Virus record (IMG/VR): IMGVR_UViG_3300022744_000020
Location: 206,384-270,383 of that record
DNA length: 64,000 nucleotides
Strand: one strand, 5' to 3'
Shown: piece after piece, positions 1 through 10,146 of the stretch
Position numbering within the stretch: the stretch's first letter is position 1
Layout of the letters: each line of letters begins with the position of its first letter
Notes under the pieces: generated by a model
The model's input: the letters and a program-made list of their open reading frames with translations, nothing else
The model's database searches: none
What the model was told of the DNA's origin: nothing
Program-made: the position numbers and the translations under genes

Positions 1-1448
1 AACTTTACATCAAAGAATCGAACACCCGGACAACCACGTGCTTCAACATATCCTCCAGCAAACGTGAGGTTTCGAATGACCGTGTCTTTAGAAAGAGACT
101 GAAAGATAGCCAGCGCCATTGTTGCTCCGACATCCAAGGAGCGATCGAATGCGTAGCAAATAGTCGTCAGATCTTCAAGCGCTTTCACGTTTGGCAAATA
201 CTCAATCTGGAGTCTGGTACTTCCAGGGTTCTTACCGCAATTGAAAAGTCTCTTCAGTGAAACGTTCCCGTAGCAGCTCGACACGTACAAAAGCATTTGG
301 TCGTTGACACGGTTTGTGAAGACTACTCCGTCGATATCAACATCGCCAGTCGTGCCGACGATGTAGGCACACGTCAGCCCGACCTGCCAAAGCTTCAGAT
401 ACGTGAAAGCCACAGCACGAAGATAAATTCTCGAGGTAAAACAGACCCACTCGGCGTCCATCGTTCCGGCAGGCTCCAACCAGATACAACTCATTCGGTC
501 GCGATTTCGCTCCAGCGGATAGAGTCTCGGATTGGATTTTCCCTGGAGTTGAGTATTATCAATGGTCATTCTCATGGCTTTGGTATATTTTCCCCCGTTG
601 GTGATGATGCCAAAGTTCGTCACACCTCCGTTGTAGCTGACGGCAAATGAGCTCGGACCCATACTCGGCAGTGCCGACAAAGCATCGGCCACCGCCTGTG
701 GTGTCGTATTCCAAGCCAAAGCCGGAGTCGTTCCTAATGGTCCTGATTCATCTTCCAGAGAGATCGTGTAGGTTCCTCCGTTGATGATATTTTGGCCATT
801 GTAGATTAACCACTCGTACGTGTAATCAATCGGGAAGCGATTGGTGATGTAGATGTTGGGGATTCTAACTTTGCACCCGGTTGGAACCACGCAGCCGTTG
901 ATGCCATTTCCAGTGCTGAACACTCTGTCCGTGTGGTGCCAGAAGAAGAACTTCCCAGCCTCCCACGTACCCCCAACAAATCTATTTTTCTTTGTAGCGC
1001 CGTAGCAAATACCCGGACCGACATCGTCGTTGTATTTGGGATCGATCGGTGCAATACCCCAAGGCTTGTATTTTCCGCTACCTGGAGCCGTCTCCACCTC
1101 CACGTAAGTGATCTCCGGAATTACGCCTCCGAAGAGCTGCTTGAAATCCCAAGTCTTTTCGGTTCCGTCACCAATACCGATCTCCATCGGAGTTCCACGG
1201 ATGACCAATTTTCCTTGACCCGTGGCCTTGATGTGCTGACCCATGTCATCCAGCACAATCACGATTGGTGTCGTGGCGCTTTCATTTTTTATCAGAATGG
1301 TTCCTCGACTCACGCATTGAATCGATCCGGTATTCACCGTCGTACTCTGATCTATCGTGAGTACGGCGTTATTGATGATGTTGAATCCCTCGCCTTTGGC
1401 GTAGGTAACATCTTTCAAATTGGTGTTGGTTGCAACGACGATGGTCAT
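1..1448 (-). CDS. Partial (runs off window) tail-associated / receptor-binding protein, beta-rich
   Basis: Not in ORF track. ATG at 1448 (MTIVVATNTNLKDVTYAKGEGFNIINNAVLTIDQ...); the stretches I translated stay open to position 1; lies directly downstream of 1452-2546. Confidence 0.6.
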   Translation of the reverse strand, partial: MTIVVATNTNLKDVTYAKGEGFNIINNAVLTIDQSTTVNTGSIQCVSRGTILIKNESATTPIVIVLDDMGQHIKATGQGKLVIRGTPMEIGIGDGTEKTWDFKQLFGGVIPEITYVEVETAPGSGKYKPWGIAPIDPKYNDDVGPGICYGATKKNRFVGGTWEAGKFFFWHHTDRVFSTGNGINGCVVPTGCKVRIPNIYITNRFPIDYTYEWLIYNGQNIINGGTYTISLEDESGPLGTTPALAWNTTPQAVADALSALPSMGPSSFAVSYNGGVTNFGIITNGGKYTKAMRMTIDNTQLQGKSNPRLYPLERNRDRMSCIWLEPAGTMDAEWVCFTSRIYLRAVAFTYLKLWQVGLTCAYIVGTTGDVDIDGVVFTNRVNDQMLLYVSSCYGNVSLKRLFNCGKNPGSTRLQIEYLPNVKALEDLTTICYAFDRSLDVGATMALAIFQSLSKDTVIRNLTFAGGYVEARGCPGVRFFDVK

Positions 1449-1451
1449 TTC

Positions 1452-2546
1452 TTAAGCCTGCTGGGCAGTTCCGTATTGGAGGGTGGCTCTGGTATTCCAC
1501 GCCATAGACGCGTTGGTCATGGTCGGGTTGTTGATGGGTCCGGCGTAGTCGAACAAAACCCCTTCTCCGACGCTAGAAGCTCTGGCAACGCACCACGGAA
1601 TGCGTGTGGTGGGACCCCCGATCTTCAGAGCGTACGTGATACCTGGGGTTTCGTCATTACTGATCGTAGTAACCAACCCATCTAACGGAGAATGGTAATG
1701 TGTCTTAAGTCCGGTATCTAAGGCCACCAACTTCTGATTAATTAGCTCTATATCTGCCAAATCAAAACCCAACTCTACTTTGGAGATGGGTCGAAACTTC
1801 TTTGTGATTGGTTTGGAGTGATCTGCTGTCGGAGGAAGTTCACCGTTCTTTACGGCCCAACCAGTAAAGAAATTCTTGTTTGAAGCAGCCGAGTTGCAAT
1901 GGGCATTGATCACATACCGATTGAAATAGATGGCCGAGCCCCAATCAATCGCAAGCACCAACTTTCCGTTTACAAACCCACCAGACAACCCTGCGGGCTC
2001 CAGAGTTCCCCGACTAATATAGCTGGGATTATAGAGTAGGTTTATCCCGAGTGGATCGGCGTAGGTGTAGAAAGAAATGGACAGGTCAGTGAACCCCCCG
2101 GGACCGTACGGGTAGCCAATCAAATCCAGACGAACCATAACGGCACTATTGACCGGAATGTTGGTTTCAATGTACTGGTATCTTTGAACTTCGGCACCAG
2201 CAAATTGAACAACTCCTGGAAATAATCCAGTGTCTCCAGGCTTTACTACGCTCGACAACAAATTGGCTAAACTGATGGTAACGACACTTCCATCTGATTT
2301 TGTCAGGGTTAGAGTTTGGTCAGTTGGAACATATGCTCCGGAAGCGATGGTCGGACCAGTCCCAGCCGGCGCTGTCGTCCCTGAGCCTGCTGCGGGTGCA
2401 GAAGTTGCTGTTCCAAACAAGTGGACAACATCACTGTATTTAATCTTGGCTAGATTGCCATTAACCAACACAACGGCATAATCGTCAGCCGTTATGTCGG
2501 TAAGGGTAGATGTTCTTTCGAACATCGATTTGAAAGCGTCGCTCAT
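1452..2546 (-). CDS. Putative tail fibre / virion protein
   Basis: Thr/Gly/Ala linker, LTLTKSDGSVVTISL fibre-like segment, beta-rich C-terminus; minus-strand structural cluster. Confidence 0.55.
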   Translation of the reverse strand: MSDAFKSMFERTSTLTDITADDYAVVLVNGNLAKIKYSDVVHLFGTATSAPAAGSGTTAPAGTGPTIASGAYVPTDQTLTLTKSDGSVVTISLANLLSSVVKPGDTGLFPGVVQFAGAEVQRYQYIETNIPVNSAVMVRLDLIGYPYGPGGFTDLSISFYTYADPLGINLLYNPSYISRGTLEPAGLSGGFVNGKLVLAIDWGSAIYFNRYVINAHCNSAASNKNFFTGWAVKNGELPPTADHSKPITKKFRPISKVELGFDLADIELINQKLVALDTGLKTHYHSPLDGLVTTISNDETPGITYALKIGGPTTRIPWCVARASSVGEGVLFDYAGPINNPTMTNASMAWNTRATLQYGTAQQA

Positions 2547-2630
2547 TCGAGTGATCCTCTTCTAAAGTAGAATAAAAAGTCTGAATCATACCGTTGGTAT
2601 TTTTATTTAGCTTGAAATTTTTTAAAGCGA

Positions 2631-2638
2631 TACATCAT
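2631..2638 (+). promoter_or_regulatory. phiKZ-type early promoter core (TACATCAT)
   Basis: AT-rich upstream; the same 8-mer family recurs ahead of plus-strand operons. Confidence 0.65.
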
Positions 2639-2674
2639 AACAAAGACCTCCACCACCAAAAGGAATTCATTCTC

Positions 2675-3187
2675 ATGGAAACTCCCAACCTTGTCCAGCG
2701 CGCCACGATCAAAGTGCCTTTGGCTCCTGTCGGTTCTCGACTCAATGAGAGCGTCAATCTGGATTACATGGGTAATGCATACTTCGAGTTTGGTGCTTTG
2801 CCCAAATCGTTGCGCCGGATCGAACAGAAAGCCCATCTCTTTCGCATGAGGCGGCTTGAAGACATCAAGAGCGACACTGGGTTCACCCTGCGCGTGTACA
2901 GTTATCTCAACGACCGGGAGTTCGAACAATACCACAAATGCCTGCGCATGATGCGTGGGTTAGAAAAAGCGAACTTCAACTTAGAGGAGTCTACCCACTT
3001 TGAAGTCATGAAGAATGGAGGATTCTCTTTTGTCTCCGGTACCAACTTCTGGTGGGACATCAGAAACGATGTGATGTGGAGCTTCAACAAGACCTTCATG
3101 TCGCGCTTACCTAAGCAACTCCAAGCGTCGTTCGATTACATGAACGAGAACTCCCCAGAAAACAAACTGCCGAAACTGATCGATTGA
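2675..3187 (+). CDS. Hypothetical protein
   Basis: AAGGA RBS before ATG 2675. Confidence 0.75.
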   Translation: METPNLVQRATIKVPLAPVGSRLNESVNLDYMGNAYFEFGALPKSLRRIEQKAHLFRMRRLEDIKSDTGFTLRVYSYLNDREFEQYHKCLRMMRGLEKANFNLEESTHFEVMKNGGFSFVSGTNFWWDIRNDVMWSFNKTFMSRLPKQLQASFDYMNENSPENKLPKLID

Positions 3188-3459
3188 AATTAAGGAAGAT
3201 GGTTATGTTTGTCTATCACGTCTTTGCTGAAACCCGCGATGGGGAGTTGGATTTCAGTGGATTGATTCATTCCCCAGTGAAGATACTGACTCTTCCAGAT
3301 TTTGAAAACCTGAAGGTAACCCTGGCAGATCGTTTTTGTGAGCACCCTACAGCCATTCGACAAGGAAGGGATCACATTGTCCGCAGCATGCAAATCAAGA
3401 GCCTGAGCTACTTAGGCGAAAAGTCCAACGAACTCACTGAGGAAAAACCAAATGAGTAA
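3184..3459 (+). CDS. Hypothetical protein
   Basis: Overlaps both neighbours in operon fashion. Confidence 0.65.
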   Translation: MKLRKMVMFVYHVFAETRDGELDFSGLIHSPVKILTLPDFENLKVTLADRFCEHPTAIRQGRDHIVRSMQIKSLSYLGEKSNELTEEKPNE

Positions 3460-3895
3460 CGATAAACAAGCAGCACTTCTTCTTGTGCAGGTAGATGATG
3501 GACGCGAGTCCTGCTCGATGTACGAAGAAGCCTACTGGTCCGTCAGTCGGCGACACGGCGACATCAAGCAGGTCGGGTTGGTCTGTGGTAAAGTCGACCC
3601 CGGGGAAACGGCACTGGAGGCAGCCATTCGAGAAGGGAAAGAGGAAATCGGCCTGGAGGTTTCCGAAGAAGACAAGCAAAAGATCGTCGCCATCCACGCC
3701 GGGTGGGATAGCGGTCATTGGGTCACAACCTTCCTCTATCCCGGAAAGATGAAGCTTGCCAATCTCGTCATGGAACCGGGTCTCTTACCCCGAGCAGTCA
3801 CCCTGGACGAAATGTGTCGACCCGAAGTGAGTCCTTTCTGGAATTACAACTTGGGTATTCGTTTGGCCTTGTGGCGATATCGCGGCAGAAAATAA
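3452..3895 (+). CDS. Nudix hydrolase
   Basis: Nudix box GKVDPGETALEAAIREGKEEIGL. Confidence 0.9.
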   Translation: MSNDKQAALLLVQVDDGRESCSMYEEAYWSVSRRHGDIKQVGLVCGKVDPGETALEAAIREGKEEIGLEVSEEDKQKIVAIHAGWDSGHWVTTFLYPGKMKLANLVMEPGLLPRAVTLDEMCRPEVSPFWNYNLGIRLALWRYRGRK

Positions 3896-3912
3896 AGCGT
3901 CTCTGGAAGTAC

Positions 3913-3953
3913 AGCACACACCTATTGGAAGTCAGGTGTGTGCTCGTATTTTT
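3913..3953 (+). terminator. Intrinsic terminator
   Basis: AGCACACACCT/AGGTGTGTGCT stem plus T tract. Confidence 0.7.
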
Positions 3954-4039
3954 ATGTCATTACTTAATTTTTTGGCCCTAACCAACCAGATTGGGAAAGA
4001 GGAATGTAAATCGAGACGCATTCCAGGTTTTTACAACCG

Positions 4040-4047
4040 TATATAAC
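4040..4047 (+). promoter_or_regulatory. Early promoter core (TATATAAC)
   Basis: Variant of the recurring motif. Confidence 0.55.
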
Positions 4048-4105
4048 TCTCATGAATCAAGTACGACTGTCGTGTTTGAACAACTCCCGAGAAAGGGAAT
4101 TAAAC

Positions 4106-4420
4106 ATGGAAAAGAAAGAAATTACCTATTTGGTCTACGCCCAAATAGGTGGAGGTTGGTCGCGACAGCCGCGATACATCCCCACCTCCACACGAAGCGA
4201 TATGGTCGCTTCTTGGTGCCTGGTCTTTGGACCGGACACCGCCCGGTTGAATCCGGAGGGGGATGTAGAGGTGGAGACCAACAAGGTCTTCCAAGTTGCC
4301 GACTATGTCGGCTTGACCAATCTGCTCGGTGAAGCAGATTGGCACCCCAGGACCAAAGTAGGTCTGGGGAACTTCATCGAAAGCTTGATCAGCTTATCGG
4401 TGCGCGGCATCTCGCCATAA
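4106..4420 (+). CDS. Hypothetical protein
   Basis: AAAGGGA RBS before ATG 4106. Confidence 0.7.
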   Translation: MEKKEITYLVYAQIGGGWSRQPRYIPTSTRSDMVASWCLVFGPDTARLNPEGDVEVETNKVFQVADYVGLTNLLGEADWHPRTKVGLGNFIESLISLSVRGISP

Positions 4421-4462
4421 ACGAGAGCCAAAGGTTTTGTCGGGCTACCTTAAAGCCCGACA

Positions 4463-4843
4463 ATGAATTCTGAGGAGTTGGCAATGAAGAAGAATGGTGT
4501 TGTATTCAATCGAAAGATGTTGAAGTGGGGCCGACAGATCGCCCAATGGGCCGTTCGCGGTCTCAATTTCCAGGACAAAGAGACTTATCGGTCCCTGGGG
4601 CAGGAGATCCTCAATGACCCCAAGCTTGCCGAACGTCTGGGACGTGTGCTGAAAGGCATCACGACTGTGACCCAGACAGAAGCTGCAATGCTTCTTCAGG
4701 CTACCGTGGGTCGAATGGATCCCGAGTGGTTCAACGATTACGTTACGGAGACCGAGGAGAAGAACTTCTCTCGCTGGGAATTCAACCACCGCAACATGGT
4801 GGCCGACGCCGTGTGGGTTCTTCAACCCAGCGTCGTGCACTGA
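4463..4843 (+). CDS. Hypothetical protein
   Basis: ORF followed by hairpin and T tract. Confidence 0.7.
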   Translation: MNSEELAMKKNGVVFNRKMLKWGRQIAQWAVRGLNFQDKETYRSLGQEILNDPKLAERLGRVLKGITTVTQTEAAMLLQATVGRMDPEWFNDYVTETEEKNFSRWEFNHRNMVADAVWVLQPSVVH

Positions 4844-4917
4844 CACTCGCGCGCAGAAGCGGACCTCGAGGGAAACCCCCTCTTGGTCCACAACTCTTTT
4901 TTTTTTGAAGGTTTTCC

Positions 4918-5292
4918 ATGAAGTTACTGATTGATCAAGACCTTTGGTATCGATTTGTCGCTAGTAAGCACGAAGATGAGAAAATCGACGAAGAGGCGAT
5001 TACGGCCAATTTGGATCTCGTAGAGAAGCTAAAAAAGTACAGTTGTTACGTTCATCGTAAAATAACCCCGGAGGTCGTTGAGTTCAGAGTTCTCGCGCAA
5101 AAATGCACCCTGGAGGAATTTGAAATGAATGCACTCCTTACCTATTTAGGGGAGCTTTTTGATCTTCGAGTAGAATACTATCCCCTTGGTGGATTGGGTT
5201 GTGGTATATGCTTGAAGATTACCCATGCCGTTGCTTATTGTTTAGATGATCCAATTCCTGAGGAGAAAACAGATGGAACTATACCACGGTAG
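4918..5292 (+). CDS. Hypothetical protein
   Basis: ORF with RBS. Confidence 0.7.
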   Translation: MKLLIDQDLWYRFVASKHEDEKIDEEAITANLDLVEKLKKYSCYVHRKITPEVVEFRVLAQKCTLEEFEMNALLTYLGELFDLRVEYYPLGGLGCGICLKITHAVAYCLDDPIPEEKTDGTIPR

Positions 5293-5698
5293 CCGCTTTA
5301 TCACCAATCTACTCAAGCCGGGTTTCGAACATACCGGCAAGTTGATCAAGTGGGATCAAACCGAAGACAACACGTGGCTCTATGCCTCTACGTCTCAAGC
5401 TGAAGCCTATCTGAATGCTCTGGCTTCAGCACTGGAAGCCAACCATGGTGCAAATAGAGTCTCGTTTGACTCAGAAGAGATTCGAATCTATTCGAGTGGA
5501 AAAATCACAGAAGAAGAGGTTCGAGGGATTCAGGTTTACGTCTATACTTTGTTGTTGACGCCAGATTGGAGAAAGGTCAACAACAAACACAATGGCTCAG
5601 ACACCGAGTACAAGACAAGGTCTCACGTCAAGCCCATTTCAAATGAAATGATAACAGACCCCGTTGGTAATCGCGTGTTGCGGTTCTTCAACACCTGA
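5273..5698 (+). CDS. Putative virion protein with ADP-ribosyltransferase (Arr-like) fold
   Basis: LYHGS...LKPGF...LYAS...VYVY...TEYKT pattern; GAGGAG RBS; precedes SNF2 helicase. Confidence 0.5.
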   Translation: MELYHGSRFITNLLKPGFEHTGKLIKWDQTEDNTWLYASTSQAEAYLNALASALEANHGANRVSFDSEEIRIYSSGKITEEEVRGIQVYVYTLLLTPDWRKVNNKHNGSDTEYKTRSHVKPISNEMITDPVGNRVLRFFNT

Positions 5699-5742
5699 AA
5701 CCCACCCCCTTAACCGGGGGTTTTTCTTTTTAGGCCAGACCC

Positions 5743-8511
5743 ATGTTTGAAATTTTGAGATCACTTGCTGGTATTCTCGATGTTCGAATCAACCGAAATG
5801 TCGTCACTGTCTCCGGAGTGAAGAAAGCCACAATCGAAGGCGGTATGAAGAAAGTGTTTGGCTCCGATAAGATCGCGGCCCACATTTTCAAAATCAAAAG
5901 CAACTCCTTCTCTTTTCAGGAGTGGTTCCTGCCAGATGTGGCTTTCGCTCTGCAGGAGATTGTCAACTCTCCCAAGTCTTACGCCGATCACAAAAGGACT
6001 TGTAAGCAAATTCTCAATCAGCTTTACGAGAAGACATGGCTCGGTCGGATCAATACTGAAGCACCAAAGCGGCTTGACCGCTCCAAGCTTCGAGACATGG
6101 TCTTCACCCCTTTGGATTTCCAGGAAGAGTTCTTCGACTATTTTGAGAAGAACGTCTACGCGTACAACCTGAAGGGTTTTCTTTTTGCTGGTGCGGCTGG
6201 TTCGGGCAAAGCCCAACCAGACTCGGCACTCGTGAAAATCCCCAACGGATGGAAACCCATAGGGGAGATCAGAACCGGAGATTTAGTGGTCACGCCCGAC
6301 GGAGCGCATGCTGTTGTTTCAGGTGTGTTTCCACAGGGAATGAAAAAAATCTACGAGATTTCCACGGTCGATGGTCGTCGCACTCAAGCGTGCCGTGAAC
6401 ACCTGTGGGAGATCATCATTCCGGATCAGTCGATTTTCCGTGAACCGAAGGTGGTTAACACTCAGGCAGTTCTATCGCTGATCAGTTCCGGGATTCCGGT
6501 CTTTATTCCCACCACCATTTGCTGCTCACCGACCGACATACCTCTCAGTGCAGATCCTGAGAAGTGCTCCCCAAGGGAGTTGATCGAAGCTTCATACGCC
6601 CAGAAAGAAGCCTTCTTTGTCGCTCAAGTGGGTCGAAAATATCGATACCTCAACAATTGGGCTCGAGTAACTGGCCAAGACCGAGAAGATTTCATCGCCC
6701 TCGTCAGGTCTTTTGGCGGGGTGATTGGACCAATCACGGAAGAAATGAGCCCGGACATTCTTCCGTACTACTTCGACTCTCTTGTTGAAATTGAGAACGT
6801 GCTTCTTGCCGAGGATCAATACGCTCGCTGCATCATGGTCGAAGATCCTCGTCATTTGTACGTGACCGATCAATACATCGCCACGCACAATACGTTTACC
6901 TCTTGCGCCCTGGCTCATTGCTCTGGATCCGACAAGATCATCGTTGTTTGCCCGAACAACGCTTTGGATCGGGTTTGGAAAGATTCGGCTCTGACGGTGT
7001 TCAAGCAACCACAATCGGTCTGGATTAGTGACGGGAAAACCCCCTTTACTGGTAAAGAAAGATTCCTGGTATGTCACTATGAATGGCTGAGTAAGCTTCG
7101 AGCCAATCTGGACAAGATTAGCTATCAGCGACTTACCGTCATTCTCGATGAATCGCACAACCTGAATGAGGCAGATAGCGGAAGAACCCAGAAATTCATT
7201 TCCCTGTGCGAGGAAGTGGACGCGGCTGAGGTCATCTGGCTTTCCGGCACTCCCATCAAAGCGCTTTCGACGGAAGCGATTCCCCTGATAAGATGTATCG
7301 ACCCCTTGTTCACCCCGGAGGTGGAAGACATTTTCAAGGCCATCTTCCGAGGAGAAAACAACAAAGCGATTTCGATTCTCAAAAATCGAATCGGTCTGGT
7401 GTCGTTCAAGGTCGCCAAAGATCGTCTGGGTCTGAAAGAGCCACTCTTCACCAATTACAAGGTTGCGTTCCCGGGCGCTGAAGAGTTTACCCTCACCAAG
7501 ATCCGGGAGAAGATGACGGCCTTCATCCAACAGCGAGATGTCTACTATAAGTCTCGAGAAAAGGCCGATCTGGCTTACTACCAGAAAATCTTGGATCAGC
7601 ACGCTGCAAAGCTGACGACTCGTGAAGAAAAGGCGGAATTCGATCAATACGTTCGCAACGCGAACATGATACGCAAAACCCAAGGCATGGGCTGTTCAGA
7701 CGAAATGAAGGCAGCCAACCTCTATGAGCTGCGCAACATCATGCCTGGACTTAGCGCCGAGGATCGCATCAAGTTCAAGGAATCGAAGACGATCTACAAG
7801 TACCTCACCCTGAAGATTCAAGGAGAATGCTTGGGTCAAATTGTTGGGCGTACCCGGATCGCTTGTCATGTTGAGTTGGCCAAACAGATCAAGTATGCTC
7901 CGATCCTTGAGTCGACTGAGAAGAAGACGGTTGTTTTCTCGTCATTCGTGGACGTGCTAAAAGCGGCTGAAGTGGAGCTGCAAGCTCAGCAGTATTCTCC
8001 AATGCTTGTTTACGGAGAAACCACCAGTAAACTGGCCCAGATAGTACAGCAGTTTGGAGAAGACGAATCAGTGAACCCGTTGGTGGCGACCTATGCTTCG
8101 TTGTCTACTGCGGTTCCTTTGATCATGGCCGACACCATGATTCTGATCGATGTGCCTTTCCGAGACTACATCCTTCAGCAAGCCGTGTCTCGAATCCATC
8201 GACTCGGACAGGTCAACGACACACACATCTTCACGATCGTGCTGGATACTGGCAACGAGCCGAACATCTCTACCCGAACGGTGGACATTCTGCGCTGGTC
8301 ACAACAGCAAATCGAATCTATCTTGGGCATCAAGTCTCCTTTTGAAATCAAGGACGGGGAAGAGATCGCACTCGAAGCCATGGAAAGTCTGGATGATATC
8401 GACCTGACGCAAGTGGTCGATCCGTTCTTTGCTGGACTCAAGCAGATGGATCAATTCATCGATCCGGACGTGGTTGAAGTCTCTGTTGAAAACACCTATC
8501 TCTCTTGGTAA
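5743..8511 (+). CDS. SNF2-family (SF2) helicase, intein-containing, phiKZ gp203-like
   Basis: Walker A GAAGSGK|T split by intein, DESH, LSGTP, QAVSRIHRLGQ. Confidence 0.9.
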   Translation: MFEILRSLAGILDVRINRNVVTVSGVKKATIEGGMKKVFGSDKIAAHIFKIKSNSFSFQEWFLPDVAFALQEIVNSPKSYADHKRTCKQILNQLYEKTWLGRINTEAPKRLDRSKLRDMVFTPLDFQEEFFDYFEKNVYAYNLKGFLFAGAAGSGKAQPDSALVKIPNGWKPIGEIRTGDLVVTPDGAHAVVSGVFPQGMKKIYEISTVDGRRTQACREHLWEIIIPDQSIFREPKVVNTQAVLSLISSGIPVFIPTTICCSPTDIPLSADPEKCSPRELIEASYAQKEAFFVAQVGRKYRYLNNWARVTGQDREDFIALVRSFGGVIGPITEEMSPDILPYYFDSLVEIENVLLAEDQYARCIMVEDPRHLYVTDQYIATHNTFTSCALAHCSGSDKIIVVCPNNALDRVWKDSALTVFKQPQSVWISDGKTPFTGKERFLVCHYEWLSKLRANLDKISYQRLTVILDESHNLNEADSGRTQKFISLCEEVDAAEVIWLSGTPIKALSTEAIPLIRCIDPLFTPEVEDIFKAIFRGENNKAISILKNRIGLVSFKVAKDRLGLKEPLFTNYKVAFPGAEEFTLTKIREKMTAFIQQRDVYYKSREKADLAYYQKILDQHAAKLTTREEKAEFDQYVRNANMIRKTQGMGCSDEMKAANLYELRNIMPGLSAEDRIKFKESKTIYKYLTLKIQGECLGQIVGRTRIACHVELAKQIKYAPILESTEKKTVVFSSFVDVLKAAEVELQAQQYSPMLVYGETTSKLAQIVQQFGEDESVNPLVATYASLSTAVPLIMADTMILIDVPFRDYILQQAVSRIHRLGQVNDTHIFTIVLDTGNEPNISTRTVDILRWSQQQIESILGIKSPFEIKDGEEIALEAMESLDDIDLTQVVDPFFAGLKQMDQFIDPDVVEVSVENTYLSW
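6211..6891 (+). mobile_element. Class 3 intein (227 aa), endonuclease region degenerate
   Basis: Starts AQP, block B CREHLW, block F RCIMV, block G YVTDQYIATHN followed by T. Confidence 0.85.
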
Positions 8512-8518
8512 TAAGATC

Positions 8519-9598
8519 ATGATCTACGACATGCAAGCTTGGGCTCCGAAGCAAAACGTTCGGCACATTCCTGAGTTGGTTGAAAAAGCCAATCGCTATC
8601 GAAACAAAACCCAGAAAACGAACCAGGGCGGAAACGTTACCCACCTGGGAATGGAGGGGTTCTTCGATTGGTTCACCAAGAAAGAAGAGAAGAAAACCGA
8701 AGGCCAAAAGCCGGACCACATTGTCGTCTCCGCTGGGGAAGTCGAGAGAGTCCTGGCGGAGGCATCTAAGAAGGTCTCGGAGGGGAAAGAATACCTCATT
8801 CGTTCCAGCTATCTTCGGGGATGTGGAACTCCGGAAAATGCGCTTAAATCTCTGGCAAACCTGGAGAAGGTGGCTCATGGGCTGCCCAAGAGAAGCGCGG
8901 AGCTTTACGCGCAGTTAGAAGAGCTTCACTCTCTTTTGGATTCCGCACTTGGTGGTGGGGAAGGCATCCCGGAAAAAGCTGAAGCCTTGGCCAAGAAGAT
9001 CAAGGATCTCAAAGCCTACTTCCCTTTCTTGGAGTCAAAGAAGCTCGGGGATCACGAAAGAGAAGACAAGCATCGGCTGAGTTTCGAGTATCTTGATCCA
9101 GAGGGTGGTTTCAAGGTCGGTGTTGAGATGCCCGTTACTACCGATCTGGATGAGTTCAAGACGAACTGGGTGATCATCCTGATGTCTTCCTTTGATTCGG
9201 CATGCCTGAATCTGATTCTGGAAGTTCAAAAGCAAGACGCCGAACAAGGATTTAAGATTGGAGCGCAAGAACTTCAGTCTCTGATCTCGACTCTGAGCAA
9301 GATGCACAAAGGCGTGGTGGAAATCACCGCTCGTGAGACATCTGGGCTTCAAGTGAATCTTCAGAAGAAAGCCGATCAGCTCTATGAACGCTACAGCGAC
9401 ATGGATGCCAATGAAGATGAGCGGTACACACGGTTCGGTAAATCGGGATCGGAACACAGCGGAGTTGACCTGGACGAAATTGGCCAGATCCTTTACTGCT
9501 TCAACGAGTATTATTGCTGGTCGATGGACTCGTTTGCAGAGAACCTGCTGGACGTGTATTTGGACGTGGTTGCCCACGTTGCTAATGCGGTGAAGTAA
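8519..9598 (+). CDS. Putative internal head (ejection) protein
   Basis: Short N-terminal propeptide ending LGME|GFFDWF, matching the phiKZ S/A/G-X-E head-protease site; helical body. Confidence 0.6.
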   Translation: MIYDMQAWAPKQNVRHIPELVEKANRYRNKTQKTNQGGNVTHLGMEGFFDWFTKKEEKKTEGQKPDHIVVSAGEVERVLAEASKKVSEGKEYLIRSSYLRGCGTPENALKSLANLEKVAHGLPKRSAELYAQLEELHSLLDSALGGGEGIPEKAEALAKKIKDLKAYFPFLESKKLGDHEREDKHRLSFEYLDPEGGFKVGVEMPVTTDLDEFKTNWVIILMSSFDSACLNLILEVQKQDAEQGFKIGAQELQSLISTLSKMHKGVVEITARETSGLQVNLQKKADQLYERYSDMDANEDERYTRFGKSGSEHSGVDLDEIGQILYCFNEYYCWSMDSFAENLLDVYLDVVAHVANAVK

Positions 9599-9609
9599 TC
9601 ACTTAAAGC

Positions 9610-9650
9610 TACAGCTACCTTCCTTGGGTTATCCAAGGAAGGTAGCTGTA
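9610..9650 (+). terminator. 18-bp perfect hairpin
   Basis: TACAGCTACCTTCCTTGG/CCAAGGAAGGTAGCTGTA. Confidence 0.7.
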
Positions 9651-9704
9651 TGTAGTTTATTTGGAACATAGATTATCTAGCACAAGCAACTTAAGAGGTG
9701 TAAG

Positions 9705-10115
9705 ATGTCTCTCCGCACTAACGGCTTTAAGATCGATGCCAAAGTATTTGAAACCGATTCTTTCTACCCCAGTCCGGTGGAGGTGGAGTTGTTGAAGTTT
9801 ATGGACGGAAACAACCCTGATCGTGAGTACGTCATTCCCGCGGAAGATCTCGGCCTTTTCATCAAGCTGATGTTCAACCGGTATCGAGGGTTGCGTGAGC
9901 TTACGGCTCAATTACGTCAAGAGTGTGACATCGACCACGACAATTCAAACGACTGGAAAAGTAGGGCAATGCAGGCAGAAGAAAAAATACAGGCATTGAA
10001 TCGACAAGTGGCTGAACTCACGCAGGAGCGAGATCGACTCAAGGGCAAATGCGATGACTTTCGGCTGGAGAAACTCAAGCTCGCTAGAGAGATCTCTAAA
10101 TTCATCAACGAATGA
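9705..10115 (+). CDS. Hypothetical coiled-coil protein
   Basis: GAGGT RBS; heptad-rich C-terminus. Confidence 0.75.
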   Translation: MSLRTNGFKIDAKVFETDSFYPSPVEVELLKFMDGNNPDREYVIPAEDLGLFIKLMFNRYRGLRELTAQLRQECDIDHDNSNDWKSRAMQAEEKIQALNRQVAELTQERDRLKGKCDDFRLEKLKLAREISKFINE

Positions 10116-10146
10116 TGTTTCTTCTTTGATAGAAAGGGGTTTGTAA

